Assembly: GCA_951406725.2 (NCBI GenBank)
Contig: OX597825.1
Location: 16,554,001-16,618,000, forward strand
Direction of reading: 5' to 3'
DNA length: 64,000 nt
Source: Octopus vulgaris
Taxonomy: Eukaryota
A program made the translations under genes and the position numbers. Of the stretch, positions 1 to 12,997 are shown one piece after another. Each line of letters begins with the position of its first letter. The stretch's first letter is position 1. The notes under the pieces are model-generated. The model searched no databases and was not told the origin of the DNA. It saw only the letters and a list, made by a program, of their open reading frames with translations.

Positions 1-996
1 TCATGAGTTCAAACATTTATTATACGGTTTGTATAGAGATGGCGGGTCCATTGCTACATGTAATATGAAAGCTCAGCAATAAGATGAACTCGTAACAAAT
101 CTCTGTGGTATTTAAATTTTTGCGGTTGATAGAAACTTACATGTTATGAATTTTGCATGTATTACTTAAAATTAGAATCTAATAAATGCGAATTACCCAT
201 TCGGAAAGCCAACAGATAAGTTAATGTGTATAAAGATTAATAATATTCTAATAAAAAATGTTAATATAACACAATACCGGATTCCATCTGATATATTTTC
301 TATCAACAAAACAAATCCTTGTTATGTTGATGAAATTTAGATTCCCATAAATAACAATAATGGTGATGATAATGATAACGCTGATGATGATGACGACGAT
401 GATGACGATGAGAACGATGACGACGGTAATGATTACGGCGGTGACGAAGGTAAGGATGATGATGATGATGAGGATGATAGTGATGATGCTGATATATCTC
501 AGACAGATAAAACTGAAAAACTTATAATTGTTTGGATTAATATTCCGTTTTACATAAATATACAGAGACGTATAGCTAGCCATGTTTTTTTTTAATTAGA
601 AAAAACATTTTCCCAAATATCATAAATGGAATGAAATTTATACTAGAAATAATATAACATTAAGATTCAGCTGCACATGAAATATTCCAATAAAAGTAGC
701 AAGAATAAATAAAAAAATAAAAGAAAAAAAGTAGGCCGCTATTTCAAATTATTCCCCTTTGTGTAATTATTCTAACCCTGTAAAATGCCCATAAATGATT
801 TATGTCTTTCGAAAGAGATCGTTTATTTTGTGAAAGTATTTACATCTAATGATTTAATCAGCAGTATATCCAGAGGAATATACTGAAGCAAATTTGTCAA
901 AATATACCTTGTCTATAAAAAAAAGATCAAAACCTATAACCTCATTTGTAAGGTATTAGAATACATCTAATCATTAGAGCTGATATATTTGTCGCC

Positions 997-1261
<265 letters not shown>

Positions 1262-1262
<1 letters not shown>

Positions 1263-1903
1263 TGCCCTGATGCAGTACCAGACACTGGCTCTCATGGCTT
1301 CTGATCTTAACTGATTGGAAGTGTTATCATGTACATTGTTTTGTCTTGGTATAAAAGATGGGCTACAGCAAATATTCAGCTCAATACCACAGATTTGCTT
1401 GTCAGTTGTTTGACCATAACCAGTTGACCATGTGTCTTAGTAGCTGACGATCTGTGCACCTCTGATCACAAGCAGAAGTAGTGGTGGAGTATCATAGTCA
1501 TGTGTTGAAAGGAATTCTTAGAGGTTTGGATAATTCACCTTTGGAAACATGGGTGGTTCGTTCAATATCCTTAAATAATCCTTATTCAGGGACCTTTTGA
1601 GCGGGATGGGTTACTCGACCAGAAGAAAATTCTAACTGGGCCCCACCTGCAATGTCATGTACTGTTTATCTTGACACGAGATCACCATGTCGTGCATATA
1701 TGGTTGTGATGCATGTACCTTGTGTATCCTTATCAGGTGCGTGGTCATGATAGTGGGCTTCGTATATCTGTAGTAATGAGCAAATCTGTAGTATTGAGCA
1801 GAATATTTGCTGTAGCCCATCTTTTATACTAACACAAAACATTTATTATTATTATTAATATTTTACCCCAGTGTCACTTTGATGGCATGCACTGCTCTCT
1901 CAT

Positions 1904-1905
<2 letters not shown>
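1262..1905 (+). mobile_element. ~550-640 bp dispersed non-coding element embedded in (AAT)n, copy 1
   Basis: Co-linear homolog in reverse orientation at 16220-16763 with the same two ends (ATGCCCTGATGCAGTACC... and ...GCATGCACTGCTCTCTCA); (AAT)n on both sides. Strand arbitrary. Confidence 0.8.
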
Positions 1906-1964
<59 letters not shown>

Positions 1965-1984
1965 TAATAATAATAATAATTCTT

Positions 1985-2170
1985 TCTACTATAGGTACAA
2001 GACCTGAAGTTGGAGCAAATGGGATTAGTTGATTGCATCAATTCCAGTGTTTTGCTGGTGCTTAAATTATTGATCCCGAAAGGATAAAAGCAATTTGAAC
2101 CCAGAACGTAGCGACGGACTAAATAGCGCTAAGCAGTTCATCCAGCGTGCTAACCATTCTGCCAGCGCGC
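1985..2170 (-). mobile_element. degenerate SINE (Nin-domain-like family S2)
   Basis: Diverged match to the intact copy at 42714-42946; similar relics at 2365-2520, 7655-7835, 7935-8160, 8230-8500, 14870-15020, 47285-47395, 47950-48080, 55900-56040. Confidence 0.65.
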
Positions 2171-2177
2171 TGCGTTT

Positions 2178-2362
2178 CTACTACAACTACTACTGCTGCT
2201 GCTCCCCCTCCTCCTCCTCCTCCTCCTCCTCCTCCTCCTACTACTACTACTACTACTACTACTACGACGACGACGTCGACAACGACGACGACGACGTCGA
2301 CAACGACGACGACGTCGACAACGACGACGACGTCGAATAATAATAATAATAATAATAATAAT
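2178..2362. repeat. compound trinucleotide microsatellite (CTA/CTG/CTC/CTA/CGA/TAA)
   Basis: Successive triplet tracts, mostly differing by one base, read directly. Confidence 0.95.
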
Positions 2363-3052
2363 GGTTCCAAATTTTGCTAGAAGGGCAGCAATTTTGATGA
2401 AGAGATAAGTCGATTACATCGACTCCAGTGTTTTACTAGTACTTAATTTATCGACACCGGAGAACGAAAGGCAAAGTCAAACTCGGCAGTATTTGAACCA
2501 GGACGTAGCGACGCGTGAAATATATATTGGTGTGTGTATGTGAGTTTGTGTCTGTGTATGTGAATGTGTACGTGTGTTTCCCATACACATTATACGGTCC
2601 ATTATTTAATTTAAGAATATTTAACCATTACTTTGATATCTCGTTAAGGAGCACTTCTCAAACACTACGTAGACGAATGCAGTTATGGTAAGCGAAATCA
2701 TTCTAAAATCATGTGCATTTACGCAATAAACTGTTGTTTGAATGGTTTTAAGAGCTAACCAGTTCACACCAATAGGACGTTAATTATTCGCTCTCCAAAG
2801 ATAGAGAAATACAGAAATGTCTCATTTAAACTTTCTTCAATGGCAGAAGCTACAGGTGAAAGTGGTTATAAGGAGTTGTTGAATCTAGAGCACAATCGAT
2901 TCAGTTTGTATTTTAGGCTTTTATGTTCTCACTTCACAAAAGAGCGCCAAATGTACAGTGAAAAGTAGGAGAGCTGCTTTTAATGTGACATGCTCGATAG
3001 AGAAGCTATTCCCTCTTCCTTTCCTGCTTTATATCTCTCTCTTTATATATAC

Positions 3053-3090
<38 letters not shown>

Positions 3091-3240
3091 ATGCGTGTGT
3101 GTATATAATATATATATATGTGTGTGTGCATGTGTATGTATATATATATTTATATAAGTATATATATGTATTGTGAGCTTATATCTATACATAGATGCAT
3201 ACGTATATACGCATAATGTCATTTCTTCCAGGAGATAGAT

Positions 3241-3287
<47 letters not shown>

Positions 3288-4350
3288 TAGCGAGAGAGAA
3301 AGGGAGAAAGAGAGAACCCACTACTAGAATGGACTTCTTGTCTTCCATTCCGTACGCCTGCACGTATGGCTGTGTATGAAAGCAGTGTGCGCATGTTCAC
3401 GTACGCACATGCAGACATATATATGTATGTACATATACATACACAAACGCATGCAAATGTTCGCACATACAGATAATTGCACATATGCGCATTCTCCTGA
3501 GTGAGAGACACACCAGCAGATCGACAATGATATATAGATATGTGCAGATAATTATACATATCAGTATATATACACACACATGCAAATATCATCTGTTTAT
3601 CTATCTATCTATCTATCTATCTATTTATCTATCTATCTATCCATCTTTCTATCTATCAATCTATTTATCTCTATCTATCTATCTATCTATCTATCTGTGT
3701 AAATATACATATAAATATATACATACATGCATATATATGCATATATATATACATATATATATATATACACGTATATACATATATATATATATATATAAAT
3801 GCATATATATAAATATGTACATATATATATATATACATATATATAAATATATATATATATGTATATATAACGTACATGTTATATATGAATGTATGTATAT
3901 ATATATATATCCGTATACATATATATGAAACAGTTTGTACGTATATGTACATATATATATATACACATATATGCACACGCATATATTTACATACGTACGT
4001 ATATATATACATGCGTACATACACACATGCACACACAGGTACGCATACATCCAGTAAAGTGTTTGGTAATTTGATTATTTCATTGAAGCCGTGTCAGACA
4101 GCGAAACCGCAAGGGAGGCTGCTTCATTTCAATATTCTTATGATATATGATCTCTGCTGATCTGTCATTCAACTCAATCTAAATCAATATCTAAACTATT
4201 CCATTGCAAATGTACGAATGACCTACCTCTAAAAATCTTCTTAAAGTTGACACCGAATTGCACTTACATGAATGGAAATCATCATACAATTTCCTATTTT
4301 GCTGCTTTAGTTTTATTTCTAAAGCAATTTCATTTTGATACAAAATAGAA

Positions 4351-4456
4351 AATAATAATAATAATAATGATGATAATAATGATAATAATAATGATGATGA
4401 TGATAATAATAATGATGATAAAAATAAAAATAATAATAATAATAATAATGATGATG

Positions 4457-4535
<79 letters not shown>

Positions 4536-4572
4536 TAATAATAATGATAATAATAATAATAATAATAATAAT
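4351..4572. repeat. (AAT)n microsatellite
   Basis: Direct reading; flanks the retroelement fragment at 4573, with a second (AAT)n at 4925-4995. Confidence 0.97.
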
Positions 4573-4921
4573 ACTGGCAGATGACAACGTGTCTCTAAAA
4601 GAAATGGAGAAACTCTCAAAATACAAAGACCTGGAAATAGAGATAACTAGAATGTGGAATCTGAAAACAGAAACAATTCCTATCATAGTAGGTGCATTAG
4701 GCATGATAAAAAATATTCAGACAAATACATAAGAAAAACACCAGGACTTACAAACACATATAACATACAGAAAATTGCACTACTAGGCACTGCACACATC
4801 CTACGCAGAACACTTTCCATACAATAACCATCAGAGCTTCACAACAAATCACAGCACATACCCAAGGCACACAGAGCTGCGCTCGGTAGTGAAGTGAAAG
4901 CACGCTATAAAAATAAAACTA

Positions 4922-4924
<3 letters not shown>
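4573..4924 (+). mobile_element. 5'-truncated R4/Dong-clade non-LTR retrotransposon (C-terminal restriction-like endonuclease region + 3' UTR)
   Basis: Translates ADDNVSLKEMEKLSKYKDLEIEITRMWNLKTETIPIIVGALGMIK, then after a 1-nt frameshift YSDKYIRKTPGLTNTYNIQKIALLGTAHILRRTLSIQ* (stop ends 4827). EKxxKYxDL, IPIIVGALG and QKIALLGTAHILRR are typical of RLE-type R4/Dong C-termini. (AAT)n on both sides. Confidence 0.85.
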
Positions 4925-4995
<71 letters not shown>

Positions 4996-5428
4996 GAAGA
5001 AGAATGTTGGCGGTGGTTATGATGATGAGGATGATGACGACGTCGACAATATTAATGATGATGGGCAGGACGTTGATGGTGATGTAATGATGGTGTTGAT
5101 GATGATGATGATGATGGCGTAGAAGATGATGATGATGCCGATGATGACGATGATGTCGATGATGATGATGATGATGTTGATGGTGATAGTCGGTTAGTGT
5201 AAAGTCTACCACGATGCTCAGTCATAAATCTTTTGTAATGAACGAAAGGAAGTGAGCAGAATTTTGTCTCAGATAAAAATCTAGAGAGGTTAGATAATGA
5301 ACTACACAATATTAATAAGTATTTAAAAAAAATGATAAAATATAATAAAATTATAATAAAATGTCACAACAATGTAAGTATGTAAACACACATATGCACG
5401 CACACACAGGCATATATACACGCGCTCA

Positions 5429-5465
<37 letters not shown>

Positions 5466-5479
5466 GTATATATATATAT

Positions 5480-5513
<34 letters not shown>

Positions 5514-5614
5514 ACGCATGCACACATGTATAGAAACCTATATGTATACATACATACATTCATACATATATATAGAGATATTATATATGTATACACACAC
5601 ACATACGCACACAG

Positions 5615-5683
<69 letters not shown>

Positions 5684-6292
5684 ATGCATGCACACATTTA
5701 TAGAAACCTATATGTATACATACATACGTACATATTTTATATATATATACACACGCACATACACACAAACATATATATACATACGTACACACACATGCAT
5801 ATACACATAGGTATACACACGTGTGTTTGCTTATGTACGGCGTCATTTTTGATATCCAAGCAACATAACTTCAGTAGATTTTTTTTTATATCACAATCGT
5901 TTCTTTGATTGAATATTTGAATTTGTCTCAAAATTACTGAAGCTAGTAAGTCTATTGTTATGTATCAATGATTTCTCTGTAAAATAATTCTTTTGCTTTT
6001 TCGAAACTTTGATATTTTTTTCTTAAACCCGATATTGTGTATTAAATAATCAACCTACCGTTTTCACCACAGCTCTGTTTAACATGTCGCATACTGGGCA
6101 AGCTTCTGGTCATTGGAAACATGAAACTGGTTTCACGGAAAATGAAATGCAACAAATTATTACAAACATTAATAGAAGCGACACAATTCCTTACGAATAA
6201 TGAAGAATATAGTTATTATTTTTTACATGCTCAATATAAAGAATTGTATTAAATACATTTAATACAGTTCTATATTTAAGGGATGAGGAATT

Positions 6293-6608
6293 AAAGGGTA
6301 AAGACCCCCTTCGGTCATGAATGACCATGGGATTGCACCTAGAAAGTTACCCTCCTAGATACAAGTCCGGGCAAGGTTGTTTATGGAAGACCAGTAGTCG
6401 CCCATGCATACCAGCCTCCTCCCCTCTCCACGCCACCAGTGTTATCCAAGGGAAAGACAAAGGTCGATACAGCTTGGCACCAGTGATGTCGCAACTCATT
6501 TCTACAGCTGAGTGAACTGGAGCAACGTGAAATAGAGTGCCTTGCTCAAGAACACAACACGCAGCCCGGTCCGGGATTCGAGCTCATAACCTCACGATCG
6601 TAAGCTCG
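6293..6608 (-). mobile_element. tRNA-derived SINE, head B/core, tail z (5' end clipped)
   Basis: Minus strand has B-box-like GAGCTCGAATCCCGG, then core GTGTTGTGTTCTTGAGCAAGGCACTCTATTTCACGTTGCTCCAGTTCACTCAGCTG shared with 48138-48453, 17306-18115 and 56463-56690. Confidence 0.8.
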
Positions 6609-6666
6609 GTACATTATTTTCATTATTTACTTTCAACGGATATTTGTCCTCATCTTGTTTGTTGTT

Positions 6667-6712
6667 AACACAACGTTTCGGCGGATATATCCTCCAGCCC
6701 TCATCAGGTGTC
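6667..6712 (-). ncRNA. candidate minimal type-I hammerhead ribozyme in a Penelope-like LTR fragment (~6610-6750)
   Basis: Minus: GACAC CUGAUGA G GGC-UGGAGGAUAUAUCC-GCC GAA ACGU U GUGUU. Helix I GACAC/GUGUU, canonical core, helix II GGC/GCC, palindromic helix III ACGU. Confidence 0.7.
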
Positions 6713-6857
6713 TTGGGGAAATTTCGAACCTTGGTTCTCATTACTAAGGTAATATATATATATATATATGTATAATAATAAATATTAGGGAATAAATCCA
6801 AACTTACAGGGAAAAATCAGATTTAGGATTGAATCTAATTTTATAGTAAAATATTAT

Positions 6858-7154
6858 ATTATATTAAATTAGAGACAAAACCACTATTAGGTAAATCAAA
6901 CAATGAAAACCTTAAGCCAATACATATGATTAATTTATATTATTTAAATATGTAACAAAATTATTAAAAAAATAATGACTGCGACTCAAAAATTTGAAGA
7001 CAGCAGGCATGAAACGATCGTAGTGTGATATTAATTATATTTTTTTAATAATTTTGTTACATATTTAAATAATATAAATTAATCATATGTATTGGCTTAC
7101 GTTTTTCATTGTTTGATTTGCCTAATAGTGGTTTTGTCTCTAATTTAATATAAT
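6858..7154. repeat. 117-bp inverted repeat (fold-back) with 63-bp spacer
   Basis: 6858-6974 is the reverse complement of 7038-7154 with about 3 mismatches; a related, partly deleted copy of the family (including the 6780-6857 flank) lies at 60553-60757. Confidence 0.9.
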
Positions 7155-9019
7155 GTATATATGTATATATATATATATATGTATGTATATATGTATGTAT
7201 ATATGTATGTATGTATGTATATATATATACACACACATATATGTGCGTGTGCGTGCGTGGTGTATGCATGTATGTGCATGTACATACACACACACATATG
7301 CATGTACGCACACACACACACACACACAACTGGATTTTGCACAGTTACTTTCTCTCAAGTATTTTTAAAAACATTGATCGACCTGACGATTTAGGAGAAG
7401 ACTGTTACTTAGGGGCTCACCATGTGGAATCGAACCCCAAACAATGGGTTTGTAAGACTTGTCATTATATAAATACCCATGTCCTCATTGATATATATAT
7501 ACATAGAAAATTGTGTAATGACGACGACTTTATAAGGAAGTAGTGGAAAATAATGTACGACGTATGTAGGGGACAAACAATTTCTGTGCAACAATGTTTA
7601 ACGTATAGTTATTGTTAGGTTTAACATTTCTTTCGTTTATGTAGCAAAATATTGGTTTCAAATTTTGATACAGAGCCCAGAAATTTCGGGTTAGTGGTAA
7701 GAGAATCCCGTCATTCTTTGCTGAAAGTAGTATTTATTTTATCGACGGCGGAAGTTGAACTCAGAACGTAAAGACAGCCTGAATACTGCTACGCATTTTG
7801 CCAGGCGTGATAATGATACTGCCAGCTTGTAGCCTTAATTGATCACTGTGAATGTGGGAGTTGGAAAAGACAAACAACAACAAAAATGAAACAACGTGGA
7901 CTTATTAATATTCATAACATATGAACGAAAATGCCGGTCGATTGGCAGAATATACTTCATGTAGAGTAGTTTTAGTTGATTCCTTTGACATTTTCAGTTC
8001 AAATCGCGGGCCGACTTTGCCTTTTATCTTCCTAGGTTCAATGAATATAAAATGTAAATGTCAAATATTGCGGATCGATATAATAGAGTGTCCCTTCGTC
8101 TCCTCGCCACTCGCAAACACATATACCCGCAAAAAATTGTGGCTTTTTATCCCTAATAGAAATTAATCCGAAATATATTTTTGTTGCATTGGCAGATGTT
8201 CCAGAAATGTTTTGAAGACAAAGTCCATGGCTGGTACTTTAATTTATCAAATTTGGAAAGATGAATGGAAATTCAACTTCGGCGCGATTGAACCCAGGAC
8301 GTAAATGTCCGGAACCTATAAATCGTAAACGCAATTTTCTGAAGTCTAAGCGATTCTGCCAAATCAACATCCTTTTATTTGAGAAATAATTATTTCAAAT
8401 TTTGGCACAAGGCAAGCAAATTTTACGGAAGGGTGGGTAGGTCGATTAATTCGACCCCAGTTTGCAACTAGGACTTATTTTATCGCCCCCAAAGGGATGA
8501 AAGGATAAGCACCCTTATGTTCGAAAAATAATGCTACATCATTTAAGATGCGTTATAATCTAGATTGGCAAAAAGAGAATAGAAAGAAAAGCGAAAAGAA
8601 AAGAATGATTATTACATCAGCAACAAACTAACAATATCGTTGCTTCGATTTGGTTCTTGACAGAAGAAATAAATTTTTTGGAAAGGTACACGAAATAGCA
8701 ATAAATGGCAATATTAAAATATAAGACTGGTAGAAACGTATTGAGGCATACATTAATAACTGAACTGAAAGAATCAAAATATTAGAAGCACCCCAAGTTC
8801 ACCCAAAATTCTACTATATTACGAAACATTACGTAAATAAAACATAAAGTTTTATGGTAATGAACTAATGGCGTCGTCGTCGTCAAGTACTTGTCTAACA
8901 TGCTAGAAAAAGCAGTAAAAACAATAAAATCTCGCTGAAGTCAAATATCTCTCGTTTTGCCAAGACTCTCAGTTTCTCTCTATACTCCATTTAATCAGCC
9001 AGGCTATTGTATTTGATGT

Positions 9020-9815
9020 TGCCAAACTATGAACATCTTTGACTGTCTTTTGCTCTCCTCTCCTCCATGATTCCGGATGGTCTTTGACAATGATTCGTGA
9101 CTCAAGTAATGCTAAAAATATGATAGCTTTGAGGATTTGATTCTCCAAAATACCGTAAATCCTCGAGTATAATCCCTAGTGCGTACTATATACGAGGTTA
9201 AAAATGAAAAATATTTTCTAAGCAATGTCCGAGTCTCTATTTGCTGTCCGGCAATGTTTATTCAGACGCATTTTGTGATGTCGGGCACGAAAATAGCTTA
9301 AGCTAAGCCTGAAAGCAATGCAGTCATAAAAGAATCATCCATAACTTGCAGTAAACAACATTTATTAAAATAAAAGTATTCAGAACACAGAATAACATGT
9401 AACAAAAACAATTTGCAAACATATTTACATTCCCATATAACAGTTAAGAACATCACCATTATTGCATTACGCATGTGCGGAAGCGTTTGTTCGACTAGGT
9501 GCTGTTGGCTTAATTATGCACTATTCAAGTTAGAGAAGGCGTGCGTATTATACACAAGGTTTAGGTTTTTCAGAGGTACAACCCCCTAAAAATCCCCTGC
9601 GTATTATACCCAAGGGCGGGCTATACTCGAGGATTTACGGTAGGTATGTTTGGACCTTTAGCTTTTGTAGGATTACAAAATTTGTTACTTTGTCTTTCCA
9701 GCTTACTCTGACCAATCTACGAAAGATCTAGATTCTAAGTCCATCGCTCTGTTCATTGATCAAGATTCAGTCCCGTTAGCCGTGATTGTCCAAGTGCTGA
9801 ACAGTAACAAGACAT
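9020..9815 (-). mobile_element. highly decayed RTE-like LINE 3' fragment, interrupted by a MITE
   Basis: Minus-strand pieces translate to NGTES.S, IFRRLVRVSWKDKVTNFVILQKL, resembling RTE C-terminal motifs YGxESW and RISWxDKVTN. Confidence 0.5.
9153..9640. mobile_element. Tc1/mariner-pogo type MITE
   Basis: Perfect 19-bp TIRs CCGTAAATCCTCGAGTATA (9153-9171 / 9622-9640), TA on both sides, subterminal GCGTATTATAC repeats, no ORF. Confidence 0.9.
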
Positions 9816-11238
9816 TGTTATATTCTACTTCTACATTATTACATTGTATTGTGTCTTTACTCTTCACTACAAAATAGAGATTATAATTTCAGCCAACGGA
9901 AGAACCTCTCGGGATATGGACATAAGATCAGATAGAGCTAGTAGCCATATCCCCTTTATGTTTCATCCTATCGTCCTAGAGAAAAGGGCATCTGAACAAA
10001 TGGCAAGATGACCACAGCTAGAATAACTCATAAGTGCAGGAGAGGGGCTGACGTGGGGTGAAAAGATAAGCAATTATTTACTTCTTTTACTTCGCCTCTC
10101 GAATAGTAAAAACAGCAGCTAAGTCGTCTAAATCCAAATAAAATGGTAAGACAAAGTAGATTAATATAGTTAACCATCGTCATACTTCATCGATATAGAC
10201 TCTTAATAGCCGAGTTCTTTCAGTAGTTGTCTAGAGATAATATTGAGAAAATAACCTCTTACAGATGTACTATTTTAAAAACGATTAATATTAAAGGGAG
10301 GTAAAAGTTCGTTCCAGCGGCTGTGAGAACCCCAGACATGTTTCGGTTTTGGTTAACCTTTTCAATAGCGCATACCTACAGCCGTATGCTCGGGGGAGAG
10401 TTATTCGTCTCCAATATAAAAAAAACCGTGAAAAATATAGCCATCTATGTTTTATTTTTGCTGTAAATATATTGTCGATATTCTTGTCACAGCAGTATTT
10501 GTCTTGAAATAATATCTCTTATGGAAGAACTGTATTAAAAACAGAATATCAAAGAAAGACGAAGATAAGTCGCAGCATAGGTCAGTGAAAACGCTAGATG
10601 GCTCTTGGCCTTTTACCTACATCATATGTAAAGGATTATTGTTCCATCATATGATTGATTGAGCTGCAGATAGCAATGATAGCACCTCGAATCACACCTT
10701 ATAATATTAGAATAAAATTTTATAATTGGACGAGGTTAAATTAAAGATATAATTTTCTAAACGAAAATTAATACGAGTTTGTCACGACTCGAATCCCATT
10801 AATCATAGGTTTGCATGACCTGCCCTGAAACAAATTAACAGCATCCTTTGTTAGTTTTATGTTTATTGAATAGATATGGATAGGGACACGTTGTTGGGTC
10901 CACATCGACCTTGTACCCGAGAGTTAAAGCCCTTTCTCCATTCGGTCTGGTCTTGTGCCAAACAGCAACAATAGTTAAAATAATAATAAATGAATAAAAG
11001 ATAAACAAGCCTACAATGTCAGTTGGTTTTGGGTTGTAACATTAAGTTCGTCGCCCACCACCGACTGAAAGCCGGTTTTGGTTTGATTTTGCTTTTACTA
11101 ACTTCCGCAAAAGAAAATGATAGAATAAGGACCCAATATAAAATAAATACTGGGGTCAATGTGTTCGACTGAATCCATTAACATTTTGTCCGAGCAGAGC
11201 AGCAGTCCAATGAATGAAAATTAAAATAGCAAACGATA

Positions 11239-11277
<39 letters not shown>

Positions 11278-11348
11278 CGCATGAACGCACACGTATGTGT
11301 GTGTGTGTATATATATATATAGACACACACACACACACACACACATAG

Positions 11349-11393
<45 letters not shown>

Positions 11394-11397
<4 letters not shown>

Positions 11398-11782
11398 GTT
11401 GTCCGGAAACTTCGTGTCGATTTTTAAGGGAAAGATAAAGGTCAATAAATACTTGCCATTACATTTTTAACCAACCAAATATGAACCATTTTGTTGCACA
11501 TGCGTCTCCATCTTTCCTTTAACTTGGAAATACCCTCTTCCCAGAATTGAGGTGATTTCATGGCAAAGAATTCACCAAGGTATCTTTTTACGTCATCCAA
11601 AGAATTGAAATTTTTACCATTAAGACTATTCTGCAGAGACCTGGTGAATATGGAGGGTGGGGTGACACATCCCAGCCGAGCTGCAGCAATTTTTGTCTGG
11701 TTCCCGAAGAAACGTGCGGTCTCGCATTATTATGTTGGAAAACAACACCCTTCCTGTTGGCCAATTCGGGCCAATTCTGGAC
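11394..11782 (-). mobile_element. mariner 3' fragment (mellifera-like), internally deleted
   Basis: TA + TIR TTGGGTTGTCCGGAAACTTCGTGTCGATTT; minus strand gives WPELANRKGVVFQHNNARPH and HPPYSP. Same TIR as 17389-17962. Ends at a SINE head fragment (11780-11856). Confidence 0.85.
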
Positions 11783-12726
11783 ACTTGCCCAATGTGCCAT
11801 ACAGTGGGTCCGAACCTGGAACCATGTGGCTGGCAAGCAAGCTACCTACTACACAGTGTATGTGTGTATGTGTAATATATATATATATATAATCCAGTCT
11901 TCAGTCATATGCACACACACATACATACAGACATGTATGTGTGTGTGTGTATAGTTATATATTATATGTAATATTGAGTATTATAAACTTGATTCCATTA
12001 TATCTGAAAAAAAGACAACAAAATAAATAGGGGATAGTCATGAGTGGAACGCCTTTGAACCCTGCTCTACTGTATGAAAGTTAGCTTGTGGCTAAACGAT
12101 CTCAGCCACAACTCCATCACTACAAGCAGGAAAAAGCAAATGAAACACAAAGACACATATTCGCATTTATACGCAGAAACGAACAGACATATGTATTAAC
12201 ATAATTGAAACATACCAACACACAATGGCAGCACACAAACGCTCAAATATCTCAACATTTTATTGCCATAATGGAGTCCTTCAATCGTTATTTATATTTA
12301 CTATACTCAAGTATTGTTGAATGGCCAAGAATTGATAGAAAATATTAATCTAAACTGACCTTTACTTATTTTCTCCTCTTTCACTCTCTCTTACCCGGAG
12401 AAACGATACATTTTTTTCCCCTATTTTCCTTTTTTCCTTTATTTTCTGGAGAACACAAGGTATATACATTGCTTGTCTTCTGCTATTTCCGTGAAGTGGA
12501 TATTCTCCCTCTAAATCTGACACGATAGAGCAACCATTTTCTTGCCTCGTCGATCCACTCAATTTAAGTAGACAAACATAGAATGGCTATACATTGAGCA
12601 AAAATACAGCGTAAACCGATTTATTGAAAGTATAAGTTATTGATAAGTAGATTTCAATAGAAACAATACATACATACATGCATTGGCATAGGTCCAAGAA
12701 AATATGCCTTTATATATGTATATATG

Positions 12727-12764
<38 letters not shown>

Positions 12765-12856
12765 TGTGTATATATATACATACATATGTATATATATATA
12801 TACATGTATACACACACATATATACTTATACATAATTACATATAACACATGCATCG

Positions 12857-12952
<96 letters not shown>

Positions 12953-12953
12953 C

Positions 12954-12990
<37 letters not shown>

Positions 12991-12997
12991 TCATGTG

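Noticed and set aside
350-500. Asp-rich reading frame on + strand
   Set aside because: Degenerate (GAT/GAC)n microsatellite; no start or convincing splice context.
9900-12110. Possible very old dispersed repeat (pieces near 9940-10070, 10660-10840, 12010-12100, 30960-31130)
   Set aside because: Similarity too low to delimit or classify by eye.
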